This document shows, one piece after another, positions 28,244-38,354 of a stretch of DNA of 64,000 nucleotides. A model generated the notes under the pieces. It had not been told where the DNA came from. It saw only the letters and a program-made list of their open reading frames with translations, and did no database searches. How positions within the stretch are numbered: the first letter of the stretch is position 1; the number at the start of each line of letters is the position of its first letter. The position numbers were made by a program, and so were the translations under genes. The stretch is from an uncultured Pseudomonadales bacterium (GTDB taxonomy: Bacteria > Patescibacteriota > Microgenomatia > UBA1400 > PJMF01): assembly GCA_964645645.1 (NCBI GenBank), contig CAZYBC010000001.1, positions 6,064 to 70,063 of the forward strand. The letters are read 5' to 3'.

Positions 28244-29662
28244 ATGCGCAAGCTTTATTGGTATTTTACTGCCTACTTAAAAAAACATGGTTGGATTTTT
28301 ATTGTTTCCTTAATTCTAGCGTTGGTTTTTTTCTGGTTTACTATTCCTTTTATTGTCAATAAACTCAGTATCAGCCAAAAAAAATATATTGGCTTAATTG
28401 GTGAATATACTCTTGATAACTTACCTCTTGAAGTGACTTCATTATTAAGTTCTGGTTTAACCAAAGTTAAAGAAGACGGTAGTGTAGTGCCAATGCTGTC
28501 TCAACGTTGGGCAATTGAGGATGATGGCACTACTTATCGATTTATTATTAAAAAAGATTTGCTCTGGCAAGATGGTAAAGAATTTAAGCCCGAAGATGTC
28601 GTTTATAACTTTACTGATGTAGAAACTATCGCAACACCTAATGATGTAATTTTTAAATTACCAGCTAGTTTTTCTCCATTTCCTAGTGTAGTTTCAGCTC
28701 CATTATTAAGAGATGGCACTCAACAATATCTTTTATTTTTCAAAAGACCAACTTTAATTGGAATTGGAAAAAATAAAATTATTAGCTATAAAAAACAAGG
28801 TAAAAATATTAAAGAAATTACAATAGACACACCTGATAAGCGTCTAATTTTCCGTTTTTATCTCACTGAACAAGAATCTCTCCTAGCTTTAGCTAAAGGT
28901 GAAATAGATATTTTAGATAAAATTCATGATATCAGTTTGGTAGAAAATTGGCCTAACATTGCTATTGATCATCAAATTAATCATGATCAGTACTTAGCTT
29001 TGTTTTTTAATAATACTCATCCCAATCTTACTAAAAATATCCGTCAAGCAATGGCTTACGCTATAGAAAAACCAGCTGATAAAACTCGTGCTTTAGGTCC
29101 AATTAGCCCTGATTCTTGGGCTTATTTACCAGGAGGCAAATCCTACGATAAAGATTTGACTAGAGCCACTGATAGAATTTTAGAAAACTTGCCTAGTCAA
29201 ATAATGGATTTTACTTTAACCACGACTTCCCTATTTACTCAAGAAGCTGAAGCGATTAAACAACAATTAGAAGAATTGTTTACTCTAGCGCAAAGTGAGT
29301 GTCAAACTAGTAAAAAAGTAGAAAACAAAGAATTGTGTGATAACTTAAATGGCAAAATTAATATTAAAATTAACAACTTCCCAGATACTAATGATTATCA
29401 ACTGCTGTTAATTGGCCAAGAATCTCCACTTGATCCTGATCAATATTTTTTGTGGCATTCTGATCAACCTACTAATTTTACTCACTACAAAAACACAAGA
29501 ATTGATAGTTTGCTAGAAAAAGGCCGTCAGGAAACTGATCAAAAAGAAAGAACTACTATTTATCAAGAATTCCAACAGTTTTTGCTTGAAGATCCTCCAG
29601 CAGTATTTTTAAATTATTTAGACAGCTATAAACTAACAAGAAAAAGTCTTAAAGTCTTCTAA
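28244..29662 (+). CDS. Membrane-anchored solute-binding-protein family 5-like protein.
   Basis: N-terminal TM segment. LSQRWAIEDDGTTYRFIIKKDLLWQDGKEFKPEDVVYNF resembles SBP_bac_5 (Dpp/Opp-type). Confidence 0.5.
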   Translation: MRKLYWYFTAYLKKHGWIFIVSLILALVFFWFTIPFIVNKLSISQKKYIGLIGEYTLDNLPLEVTSLLSSGLTKVKEDGSVVPMLSQRWAIEDDGTTYRFIIKKDLLWQDGKEFKPEDVVYNFTDVETIATPNDVIFKLPASFSPFPSVVSAPLLRDGTQQYLLFFKRPTLIGIGKNKIISYKKQGKNIKEITIDTPDKRLIFRFYLTEQESLLALAKGEIDILDKIHDISLVENWPNIAIDHQINHDQYLALFFNNTHPNLTKNIRQAMAYAIEKPADKTRALGPISPDSWAYLPGGKSYDKDLTRATDRILENLPSQIMDFTLTTTSLFTQEAEAIKQQLEELFTLAQSECQTSKKVENKELCDNLNGKINIKINNFPDTNDYQLLLIGQESPLDPDQYFLWHSDQPTNFTHYKNTRIDSLLEKGRQETDQKERTTIYQEFQQFLLEDPPAVFLNYLDSYKLTRKSLKVF

Positions 29663-30695
29663 GCTTTTTTCTACATAATTCAAATAAATGTGTTAACCAA
29701 AAACTCCAATTAACAGGTACGTCTTGAGCTGGTAAATAGAAAACTTCTTCACCGCCAAAACCTTTTTTGAAAACGGTTACACCTGCAAAACGATGATTTT
29801 TTTTGTTGGGAGGAGCAATTCCCCAAAAATTATAACGCAAACATCCTCGTTTTTTAGCTTCATTAATTGCCGCCCACTGACAAGCATAAGCTCCTGGTAA
29901 ATGATCATTAGCCGGAGTAGAGATACCATAATGATAGGCAGCCTGTTGATTATAAAAAATTACAAAAGCACTAGCTAATAATTTACCTTGATAAAAACTA
30001 GAAAAAAGTAAAGCCTTATTATGGCTAGCAAATTCTTTAAATTGCTCAAATAAAAAATTATAGCTAAAAGGCACAAAATGATGCTTTTGAGCTAATTGGA
30101 CTTGATATTGATAAAATTCTTTAATAGCCTTGGGGTCAGTCGTTGTTTTAACTTCTACACCTAATTTTTCTGCTTTTCTAATTTCATAGCGAGTGTTTTT
30201 ACGCATTTGAGCTAACAGTTGTTCTTGGCTTAAACTTAGATCTAATTGTAAAGTTAAATCTGCAGTTAAATGAATTGGTGACTGTACAGCCCCAAGTTTT
30301 TTAACCAAACTTTCTAAAGGTTGAGAAGCCAAAGCCTGAGGGCGAAAACGAATTAAATTACAATGTTCTTGTTTAGCCAAACTTACTAATTGATTAAAAA
30401 TTTCTTTTAGTTGTTCAATACCAATTTTTTCCCAATCTAATAATGGCCCACCGGCAATTGTTAAATAATCACCTCGTTTTGCCACTTCTTTAATTAATAA
30501 AGCTGCGCCAATTTGTTTTTTTGGTTGATTCTGATAAATAGCTAAAGGAAAAACTTTTTTACCAATTTTTTGTTGAAACACTCCCCAATGCCAAGATTGT
30601 AAAAAGTCAGCTTCTTTTCTGGACGTTAGATATTTTTCCCAATTTTTCTGGTCTACTATTTGAATTAAACTGATATTAGACATAAAAACTTTCAA
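29649..30695 (-). CDS. FemAB-family aminoacyltransferase (peptidoglycan cross-bridge formation).
   Basis: 348 aa. The N-terminal WEKYL..........FLQSWHWG pattern and overall length match FemAB. Confidence 0.65.
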   Translation of the reverse strand: MKVFMSNISLIQIVDQKNWEKYLTSRKEADFLQSWHWGVFQQKIGKKVFPLAIYQNQPKKQIGAALLIKEVAKRGDYLTIAGGPLLDWEKIGIEQLKEIFNQLVSLAKQEHCNLIRFRPQALASQPLESLVKKLGAVQSPIHLTADLTLQLDLSLSQEQLLAQMRKNTRYEIRKAEKLGVEVKTTTDPKAIKEFYQYQVQLAQKHHFVPFSYNFLFEQFKEFASHNKALLFSSFYQGKLLASAFVIFYNQQAAYHYGISTPANDHLPGAYACQWAAINEAKKRGCLRYNFWGIAPPNKKNHRFAGVTVFKKGFGGEEVFYLPAQDVPVNWSFWLTHLFELCRKKLRRL

Positions 30696-31875
30696 TTAAC
30701 TGACAAATTTTTTCAGCTTTAGCTGGAGTAATTTCTTGATGAGTAGGTAAATTAATAATTGTTTTAGCTAATTTTTCGGCTTGAGGGCAACTACCAGCTT
30801 GATAAACGCTATGACAAACGCTGCTACCACAATCCACGGCACTACGATACCAACGATCCGCTAAATAAACATGATTTTTAGCCAAAAAATCTAATAAGAT
30901 TTTAGGATTAGCTACTGCAAAAGCAAAGCGCAAATTACTACCATAAGCTAAATCTTTTGGTTTAGTAAGCAAGGTTAATTGAGGAATATTTTGAAGAGTT
31001 TGCCAATAAATTTGAGCTATTTGTTGACGATGTTTTAGTTGCTGATGAACAGTTTGTAATCTTTGACTAATTAAAGGAATCAAAAAATCTGGCAATGGCC
31101 AATAATGTTGATTAAAGGTATATAAAGCATTCTTAAACCACTGAATTTTTTTCAAAAATAAATGTAATAATTTACCTAGACCAATTGCATAACTTGCTCT
31201 AATGAAACAAGTTAAAATTGGATAAGTAGCAATTTTCCAAAGTTCTAAATTAGATAAATATTGCGATGTTAAATTAATTTTTTTAAGTGGCGATTTTTTT
31301 AAAATTACAGCTCCGCCACTTACTGTATCCAAAATTTTATCTCTTCCAAAAGATAATAAAATAGCATCTGCATAAGTACCTAATTTTTGTTCATCCCAAT
31401 CTTTACCGCCAAAACTTTGTGCTAAATCCTCAATTAGTAATAAATTGTTTTTCAAGCAAAATTGTTTAAATTGTTTTGTTGCTAAACTACTTCCCAAACT
31501 ATATTGTAAAATTAAAGCCTTAGCTTGATGTTTTTTTTGTAATTGCTGGATATGAGTTAAATCAGCTTCTAAACTATCAGCCTGCAAATCAAAATACACT
31601 GTTTTAGCACCAACTCTTTTGATTGCTTCTTCTAAAGCAAAACAAGCAAAAGCTTGAGTTAAAACCACATCATCAGCCCCAATGTTATAACTTAACAGAA
31701 TATACTCTAAAGCATCTCTGCCTTTAGCTAATAGAATTGCTTCTCCACCAAAACGTTGAGTTAGCTGATTAAGCAGCTTTACTTTATTGTGTGGCCGGAA
31801 TTGTAATTTTGCTTGCAATGTTTTCCAAGCAAAAGACCAAGTGTAATTAGAACCTAAACTATTAAAAATTATCAT
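30676..31875 (-). CDS. DegT/DnrJ/EryC1/StrS-family PLP-dependent aminotransferase.
   Basis: 399 aa. AKGRDALEYIL...DDVVLTQAFACFALEEAIKRVGAK fold signature. Confidence 0.7.
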   Translation of the reverse strand: MIIFNSLGSNYTWSFAWKTLQAKLQFRPHNKVKLLNQLTQRFGGEAILLAKGRDALEYILLSYNIGADDVVLTQAFACFALEEAIKRVGAKTVYFDLQADSLEADLTHIQQLQKKHQAKALILQYSLGSSLATKQFKQFCLKNNLLLIEDLAQSFGGKDWDEQKLGTYADAILLSFGRDKILDTVSGGAVILKKSPLKKINLTSQYLSNLELWKIATYPILTCFIRASYAIGLGKLLHLFLKKIQWFKNALYTFNQHYWPLPDFLIPLISQRLQTVHQQLKHRQQIAQIYWQTLQNIPQLTLLTKPKDLAYGSNLRFAFAVANPKILLDFLAKNHVYLADRWYRSAVDCGSSVCHSVYQAGSCPQAEKLAKTIINLPTHQEITPAKAEKICQLIESFYV

Positions 31876-33355
31876 GAGTTACCTTTGCTAAACTAAGTAA
31901 AAATTTATTAATTTTTTTGGACATTCGTCCTTCAATTAAAATAGCTGTTTTAGCTGGAGATTTAGCCAAAACCTGCATTGCTTTTTCTTGATTTTGACTT
32001 AAACGCTTATTAAAAATCTTTTTAAAAACTTCTAAACCATCATTGCCTAAATAATAAACTTGATCTACAAAAGCTGTTGCTGCTTGAGCCAAATCTTGAT
32101 GAAGCTGATTGCTCTGCTCACCTAAATCAATCATGCCATTAGTTAATAAAACAGTTTGATAATTTAACTGTTTAAAATGTTTTAAAATTGCTAAAGCCGC
32201 TTTAAAACCTTTGGGGTTACTACTATAGCTATCATCAATCAGCAAAGCTTGTTGTGCATTTTGTCTTAACTGTACAAAACGTTCTGGAATAACTAAATTT
32301 TCTACTGCTTTAATAAATTGAGTGGATGAAATATTCAATGCTTGGCCAACTTTGATTGCTAAAGCTAATGCTTGTAAATATTGTTTACCTAATAAAGGAG
32401 TTTTAACAATTTTTCCCTGCCAATTAAAACTTAAATAAGCCCGACTATCTAAATGACCAACTAAATCTTTTTGACTATAAGCAATGGGCTGCCTAGCACC
32501 ACCCAACTGGCAGATTTTTAAAACTTGAGGGTCATCGGCATTAGCATAAACTTTGTTTTTATCCTTTACAGCCTTAACTAATTCAGCTTTAGCTTGCAAA
32601 ATAGCGTCAACACTCCCAAATAAGGCTAAATGTTGCGGAGTAAAACCAGTCACAATTGCTAAATCTGGAATAAAATGTTTAGCTAAACGAGCAATTTCTC
32701 CTCGACCATAAGCAGCATATTCTAAAATCATAATTTCTTCACCATGATACAAATTAGCAATGGCTTTAGGAAAACTTAAAAAATTATTAAAAGATTTGGG
32801 GGTAACAAAAACTGAATATCTAGTTTTTAAAACTTCTGCCAAAATAAATTTGCTGGTAGTTTTACCATAACTGCCAGTAATTCCAATAATTAAGGGATGA
32901 TGCTGTTTTAATAATTTTTTTGCTCGCCATAAATAATAAGTGGCAACTAATAATCTGCCTAAAGCTGAAGGCAAACTCGCTACAAATAATAAAAGAGGTA
33001 ATAACTGATACCAAACCAAAGCAGTAATTAAAACTATAAGCCAATTATTAAAATCACTTTGCAAAACTTGCCAAGCAATTAAATCATAAACAAAAAATTT
33101 TATAATGAAAAAAAATCCCAAAACACTTAAAGAGCGCCAAGTTAATTTTGGTCTTTTTAAACCATGATAACTTAGATCTTGAAGACTAGGCCAATATTTA
33201 CGCAATTCTCGTTGCGCTTCTTCAGTTTTTAAAAAAGCTCTTAAACGATCTACCCGATATTCTTTTTGTTGAATAATAGATAAACAACGTAAACTTCGCC
33301 ACAGATAAAGTAAGTTATAAAATAAAAAAATAATTAGAATTACTAAAGTATTCAT
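31862..33355 (-). CDS. murF: UDP-N-acetylmuramoyl-tripeptide--D-alanyl-D-alanine ligase (Mur ligase family) with an N-terminal membrane extension.
   Basis: IIGITGSYGKTTSKFIL (P-loop) and Mur ligase middle and C-terminal domains. 497 aa. Confidence 0.75.
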   Translation of the reverse strand: MNTLVILIIFLFYNLLYLWRSLRCLSIIQQKEYRVDRLRAFLKTEEAQRELRKYWPSLQDLSYHGLKRPKLTWRSLSVLGFFFIIKFFVYDLIAWQVLQSDFNNWLIVLITALVWYQLLPLLLFVASLPSALGRLLVATYYLWRAKKLLKQHHPLIIGITGSYGKTTSKFILAEVLKTRYSVFVTPKSFNNFLSFPKAIANLYHGEEIMILEYAAYGRGEIARLAKHFIPDLAIVTGFTPQHLALFGSVDAILQAKAELVKAVKDKNKVYANADDPQVLKICQLGGARQPIAYSQKDLVGHLDSRAYLSFNWQGKIVKTPLLGKQYLQALALAIKVGQALNISSTQFIKAVENLVIPERFVQLRQNAQQALLIDDSYSSNPKGFKAALAILKHFKQLNYQTVLLTNGMIDLGEQSNQLHQDLAQAATAFVDQVYYLGNDGLEVFKKIFNKRLSQNQEKAMQVLAKSPAKTAILIEGRMSKKINKFLLSLAKVTHDNF

Positions 33356-34047
33356 TAAATAAAACTTTCAATTAAATTAGCTACTTGTTCTGGATGTGTA
33401 AACTGAGGAGAATGCTTAGCAGACGCTAGAATTTCCAAACGACTGTGAGCAATTTGTTGATGATAAAAATGTCCCATCCATAAAGGAGTATAAGTATCTC
33501 GTTGACCCCAAATCAATAAAGTGGGACAGCTAATTTTAGACAGATCAGTTTTTACTTCATCAGCTAGTACATTTCTCATTGTTAGCTTCATATTAGGAGA
33601 AGCAACAAAATAATCTTGTTCCCTAGCCAATTTATAAAGAAGCCGCTTTGCTAAAGCTTGATTGGTAAAAATTTTACCGATCTTAGCTAAATAATAAAAA
33701 ATTTGTCTTTTTAGCACTGGCCAAGGTCGATTATTTCTAATACCTGCTGCCCCAATCAAAATTAACTTAGCTACTTTTTCTGGATACAAACTAGTAAAAC
33801 GGCTGGCTAATTGGCCACCAAAAGAATGCCCTAATAAAATCACCTTTTCTTTAGGCAACTGCGTTTTTAACCAATTAACATAATCAGTTAAAGTCCAAAC
33901 GTCACTTAAAGGAGTAGACAAACCAGGGATAGCCAAAAAATGAGTATCAATTTGTTTAGCTTTTAGTAAAGTGCGCAACTTTTGCCATTTAACTTCATTC
34001 TCAGCATCAATTGCCCAACCATGTAAAATGTAGATACTAGTTTTCAT
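33355..34047 (-). CDS. Alpha/beta hydrolase.
   Basis: GHSFGG nucleophile elbow (GxSxG). 230 aa. Confidence 0.7.
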   Translation of the reverse strand: MKTSIYILHGWAIDAENEVKWQKLRTLLKAKQIDTHFLAIPGLSTPLSDVWTLTDYVNWLKTQLPKEKVILLGHSFGGQLASRFTSLYPEKVAKLILIGAAGIRNNRPWPVLKRQIFYYLAKIGKIFTNQALAKRLLYKLAREQDYFVASPNMKLTMRNVLADEVKTDLSKISCPTLLIWGQRDTYTPLWMGHFYHQQIAHSRLEILASAKHSPQFTHPEQVANLIESFI

Positions 34048-34096
34048 AGATTTTTCTAGTTATATTATCAAGCAGAAAGAGATAAAGCTCAAGCTC

Positions 34097-35587
34097 ATGA
34101 AAAAACAGCTCGTGATTGTTTTTAGTCTTATTATTATCAGTTTAACTTTAAGCTGTCTGAGTTTATTTCTACCTCTATATTTATATACTAAAGATTTAAT
34201 TATCCACAGCCAAAATTGGCAACAAACTTTTTTTCAAAACGACAATAAAGAAAATTTAGCACCAATAATTCTTCAAGATCTAAAATCATTAACAAAACAA
34301 CTTAATTATTTAAAAACTGTTCATCAAATTTTTGGCGGTGATAGCCAAGCCCAATTAGCTATTCAACAACTTTATGATCATTTGACTCAATTACAAACTT
34401 TATTAGATTATTTTTTTTCAGACCAAAAATCCATTTTAGCAGTTTTACAAAATAGCCAAGAAATTAGAGCCACGGGTGGCTTTATGGGCTCTTATGCCCG
34501 AATTGACTTAGAAAATGGACAACTTAAAAACCTAGTTTTTAATGATATTTATGAAGCTGATGGCCATTTTAATGCTTATCAAACACCACCTCCAGGAATC
34601 AAAGAATATTTAGCCAATGGTCAAAGCTGGCGCTTACCAGATAGTAATTGGTCACCAGATTTTCCAACTAGTAGCCAAAAAATTTTACAATTTTTTGCTG
34701 ATTGTAATGAAAAAAATGTTCATAATTTATTAGCTGTTAATCTAAATTTGATGGAAGAATTATTAAAAATTACTGGGCCAATCTACCTTCCTGATTATCA
34801 AATCAATGTAACAGCGGAAAATTTTGCTCAAGTAGCGAGAAGTGAACGCAGCGAATTTTTTCCTGGTACTCAACAAAAAAAATTCTTTTTTACTTTATTT
34901 TTTAATCAATTAAAATTCAAATTAGCTAAACTCAATAAAGACCAGCAACTCGCTGTTATTAATTTAATTATCAAACAAATTGAAAATAAAAATTTACAAT
35001 TTTATTCATCAAACTCACAAATTCAAGAAATTCTGTCTAAGTATCAATTAACTGGGGCCATGACTCAAATTTCTGAGGCTAATTATTTATTTTTAGTAGA
35101 ATCAAATGTGGGCATTAATAAAGCCAACGCTAAAATCGAACGCAACGTTCAACTCAAACTTAATGGTCAACAACTAGACGTTATTATTAATTTTTCTAAT
35201 CAAAATACTGTTCCACCTAAACAAATGGTTATTAATCGCTTTATTTCTAAAGCTGATAATTTAAGCTATGTCAATTATTTTAGAGTCATTTTACCGGCTG
35301 ACGCTTTTTTAAATCAAGCTATGATAGATCAACAAATCGTTACTGACCTCGATGAAAATTTAATTACTAACAGCCAAGGACAACTGTTTAAGCAATATGG
35401 TTTTTTAGTTGTGGTCAGTGAACAAACAAAAAATTCTGTTAATCTAAAAATCACTTATCCAGAAATTAAAACTCAACTTTTTATTCAAAAACAAGCTGGA
35501 TTACCAGCCACTGATTATCAATTACAAACTCCTTGGCAACAACTTGAATTTTCCCTAACTAAGGATAAACTGATACAATTGCAATAA
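34097..35587 (+). CDS. DUF4012-domain membrane-anchored protein.
   Basis: N-terminal TM segment. QNSQEIRATGGFMGSYARIDLENGQLKNLVFNDIY is the DUF4012 hallmark. Confidence 0.65.
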   Translation: MKKQLVIVFSLIIISLTLSCLSLFLPLYLYTKDLIIHSQNWQQTFFQNDNKENLAPIILQDLKSLTKQLNYLKTVHQIFGGDSQAQLAIQQLYDHLTQLQTLLDYFFSDQKSILAVLQNSQEIRATGGFMGSYARIDLENGQLKNLVFNDIYEADGHFNAYQTPPPGIKEYLANGQSWRLPDSNWSPDFPTSSQKILQFFADCNEKNVHNLLAVNLNLMEELLKITGPIYLPDYQINVTAENFAQVARSERSEFFPGTQQKKFFFTLFFNQLKFKLAKLNKDQQLAVINLIIKQIENKNLQFYSSNSQIQEILSKYQLTGAMTQISEANYLFLVESNVGINKANAKIERNVQLKLNGQQLDVIINFSNQNTVPPKQMVINRFISKADNLSYVNYFRVILPADAFLNQAMIDQQIVTDLDENLITNSQGQLFKQYGFLVVVSEQTKNSVNLKITYPEIKTQLFIQKQAGLPATDYQLQTPWQQLEFSLTKDKLIQLQ

Positions 35588-35590
35588 CCC

Positions 35591-36685
35591 ATGACTAATA
35601 TTGATCAAACCACTCTCAACCATCTAATTAAAAAAGCGGAAAGCCTTATTGAAGACGGTCTTTTAATGGAAAAAGTTGAACAACATAAGATTTTACAAGC
35701 ACAAACCCTCGCCCCAGATTTTTGGCAAAAAGTTGATAGCAAACAAATTATGCAAAAAATTGCTCATTTGGAAGATGAGATTGCTCAAATTAAAGAATTA
35801 CAAAAATTACATGATGATATTTTAGCTTTTGAAGAACTTAAAACCCAACTAAATGAAACTGAATTACAAAGTTTAGAATTAGAATTAAGTAAAAACTGTA
35901 CACAGCTAAAAAGATTACTTAAAACTAGAGAATTAAAACAATACTTAGCTGGTAAATTTGATACTAAAGGAGCAATTTTATCAATTCATTCTGGACAAGG
36001 TGGGACTGAAGCCATGGATTGGGCAGAAATTTTATCCAGAATGTATATTCGTTTTTTTGAAAAAAAAGACTGGCCTTATCGCTTTGTTAGTGAATCACGG
36101 GGTGAAGAAGCTGGCATTAAAGAAGTTGTTTTTGAGATTAATGTTCCTTATGCTTATGGTTATCTAAAAAAAGAACAAGGTACTCACCGTTTAGTCAGAC
36201 TCAGCCCTTTTAATGCGGATAGTCTTCGTCAAACCTCCTTTGCTTTAGTAGAAGTTTTACCTTTAATTGATGATGATACTAGCGTAGAAATTAAAGACAG
36301 TGATCTGGCTTGGAATTTTACCAGAGCCGGTGGTGCGGGTGGTCAAAGTGTTAACAAACTCAATACGGCTGTGGAATTAACTCATTTACCCACGGGAATT
36401 GTCGTCAACTGCCGTGAAGAACGTAAACAATCACAAAATAAAGAACGAGCCTTGCAGATTTTGAAAGCTAAATTAGCCGCTTTACAAGAAGAACAACAAG
36501 CTGCTGAATTAGCTCAGGCAAAAGGCAAATATACTCCAGCTAGTTGGGGAACCCAAATTAGAAACTATGTACTTCATCCCTATCAATTAGTAAAAGATAC
36601 TCGCACTAAAATTGAAACTGCCGATACTCAAGGAGTACTGGCTGGAGATTTAGATCAATTTATTGAAGCAGAAATTAAACTTTAG
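35591..36685 (+). CDS. prfB: Peptide chain release factor 2. The ORF is continuous with no programmed +1 frameshift.
   Basis: SPF tripeptide (RF2-specific) and GGQ motif (GGAGGQSVNK). Confidence 0.9.
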   Translation: MTNIDQTTLNHLIKKAESLIEDGLLMEKVEQHKILQAQTLAPDFWQKVDSKQIMQKIAHLEDEIAQIKELQKLHDDILAFEELKTQLNETELQSLELELSKNCTQLKRLLKTRELKQYLAGKFDTKGAILSIHSGQGGTEAMDWAEILSRMYIRFFEKKDWPYRFVSESRGEEAGIKEVVFEINVPYAYGYLKKEQGTHRLVRLSPFNADSLRQTSFALVEVLPLIDDDTSVEIKDSDLAWNFTRAGGAGGQSVNKLNTAVELTHLPTGIVVNCREERKQSQNKERALQILKAKLAALQEEQQAAELAQAKGKYTPASWGTQIRNYVLHPYQLVKDTRTKIETADTQGVLAGDLDQFIEAEIKL

Positions 36686-36761
36686 TTAATTTTTATTACC
36701 TTTGCACAATTTATAGCAGTTTGCATTAGCCAGCCACTAAATTTTTTAGTATGATAAATAT

Positions 36762-37340
36762 ATGCAAAAATTAGATTTATCTAACACTCCTAATTTTGAT
36801 AATAACCAAGCTGGTCTTGACGAATCAGCTCAATTCAGTCAAAATCTAAATTCGTCAGTTAATACTGATTCTATTAATCAATCTGGATCTGCAACTATGA
36901 ACCAATCTCAAAAAACTCTCATGATTATTGCTTTAAGTTTAGCTGTTATAGCTGGAACTGCAACTGGTTATGGAGCATACAGATTAAAAAACAAAAACAC
37001 AATTAGTGGCGGAAAAAATTCAATTCAAAAAGTAGCAACTGATAATATTAAAAATGGTGATATTTTTGGTGTTCATGATGAAAAAACTTTTGCAGATAAT
37101 GCTCAAGGCTATTTAGCTAAGGGTGGAGTTGATGGAGAAGGTTCTCACCAATTATTAAGAGCTGGTGGAGTAAGCCAAACTGTTTATTTAACTTCTTCCG
37201 TTACTGATTTAGATAAATTTGTAGGAATGGAAGTCAAGGTTTCTGGTGAAACTTTTAAAGGTCAAAAAGCTGGTTGGTTAATGGATGTTGGCCGTGTAGA
37301 GATTATTAATACTCAGGCCGAAGCTCCAATTGAAGAATAA
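36762..37340 (+). CDS. Hypothetical membrane-anchored protein.
   Basis: 192-aa ORF with a TM segment LMIIALSLAVIAGTATGYGAY. Confidence 0.5.
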   Translation: MQKLDLSNTPNFDNNQAGLDESAQFSQNLNSSVNTDSINQSGSATMNQSQKTLMIIALSLAVIAGTATGYGAYRLKNKNTISGGKNSIQKVATDNIKNGDIFGVHDEKTFADNAQGYLAKGGVDGEGSHQLLRAGGVSQTVYLTSSVTDLDKFVGMEVKVSGETFKGQKAGWLMDVGRVEIINTQAEAPIEE

Positions 37341-37421
37341 TTGATTTTTATTAAAAAACTATTTACAAATTAATAGCAAAATCAAACTTGCTAGTAGTTA
37401 AAAAGAAATGGTTTAATAAAC

Positions 37422-38354
37422 TTGCCTATGTTGAAATTTTCTAATGTTAGTAAAATTTTTGGAAACACGACTGCCCTTGATAATCTTAATTTTGGAGTAG
37501 ATGATCACGACTTTCTTTTAATTACTGGGCCATCTGGGAGCGGTAAAACTACTCTAATGAAATTATTAATTAGAGAATATTTACCTACCAAAGGTGAAAT
37601 TTACTATTTAGGCAATCCTTTAAATAAACTTCCTCGTAGACAAATCCCTCAGCATCGCCGACAAATTGGCGTAGTTTTTCAAGATTATAAATTGTTACCA
37701 GATTATAATATTTGGGAAAATATTGCTTTACCCCTTTATATTGCTAATAAAAGTGAAACCGAAATTGAACAACGGGTAACTGATTTACTAAAATTAGTCA
37801 AATTAACTGATAAAGCTTTGGCCTTTCCTAGTCAGCTTTCTGGCGGAGAAGCCCAACGAATTAGTATTGCTCGTTCTTTAGCAACTGGCCCTAAATTAAT
37901 TTTTGCCGATGAACCAACCGGTAATCTTGACCCAGCCATTAGTCTTGAAATCGCAGAACTATTACAAAAAATTAATCAATTAGGGACTACAGTTTTACTT
38001 GCTACCCATGATCAAGTAATTTTAGACTACCTTAAAAAAACTAGAAAAATTCGTTTAGAAAAAGGCAAATTAGTAGAAGATACACAACCCAAAATAAAAG
38101 TTGAAGAAATTAAACTTGATGATAAACCGCTAGAAAAAAAAGCGGTAGATAAAAAACCTGAACCTAAAAAAAATATTGAGAATAAAGCTGAAACCAAAAA
38201 AATAATTACTACTAAAGAAAACGAAGCTAAAAAACCAATCAATGAACCAGATAAAAAAATAAAAACTGATAAAGAAGAACCTAAGAAAAAAACTAGAGCT
38301 TTTTTAGGTTTTAATAAACTTAGACAACTCTTTGGGAAGAAAAAATCATTATGA
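37422..38354 (+). CDS. ftsE: Cell-division ABC ATPase FtsE with a roughly 90-aa Lys/Glu-rich C-terminal extension.
   Basis: GPSGSGKTT (Walker A), LSGGEAQRISIARSL (signature), ILFADEPTGNLD (Walker B). Residues 220-310 are low-complexity K/E-rich. Confidence 0.85.
   Translation: MPMLKFSNVSKIFGNTTALDNLNFGVDDHDFLLITGPSGSGKTTLMKLLIREYLPTKGEIYYLGNPLNKLPRRQIPQHRRQIGVVFQDYKLLPDYNIWENIALPLYIANKSETEIEQRVTDLLKLVKLTDKALAFPSQLSGGEAQRISIARSLATGPKLIFADEPTGNLDPAISLEIAELLQKINQLGTTVLLATHDQVILDYLKKTRKIRLEKGKLVEDTQPKIKVEEIKLDDKPLEKKAVDKKPEPKKNIENKAETKKIITTKENEAKKPINEPDKKIKTDKEEPKKKTRAFLGFNKLRQLFGKKKSL

Noticed and set aside
35591-36685. Programmed +1 frameshift in prfB, and the possibility of a UGA-recoding genetic code.
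   Set aside because: The RF2 ORF is continuous from its ATG with no internal in-frame TGA. RF2 is present and several genes terminate with TGA (for example at 4926 and 19880). The standard code 11 fits.
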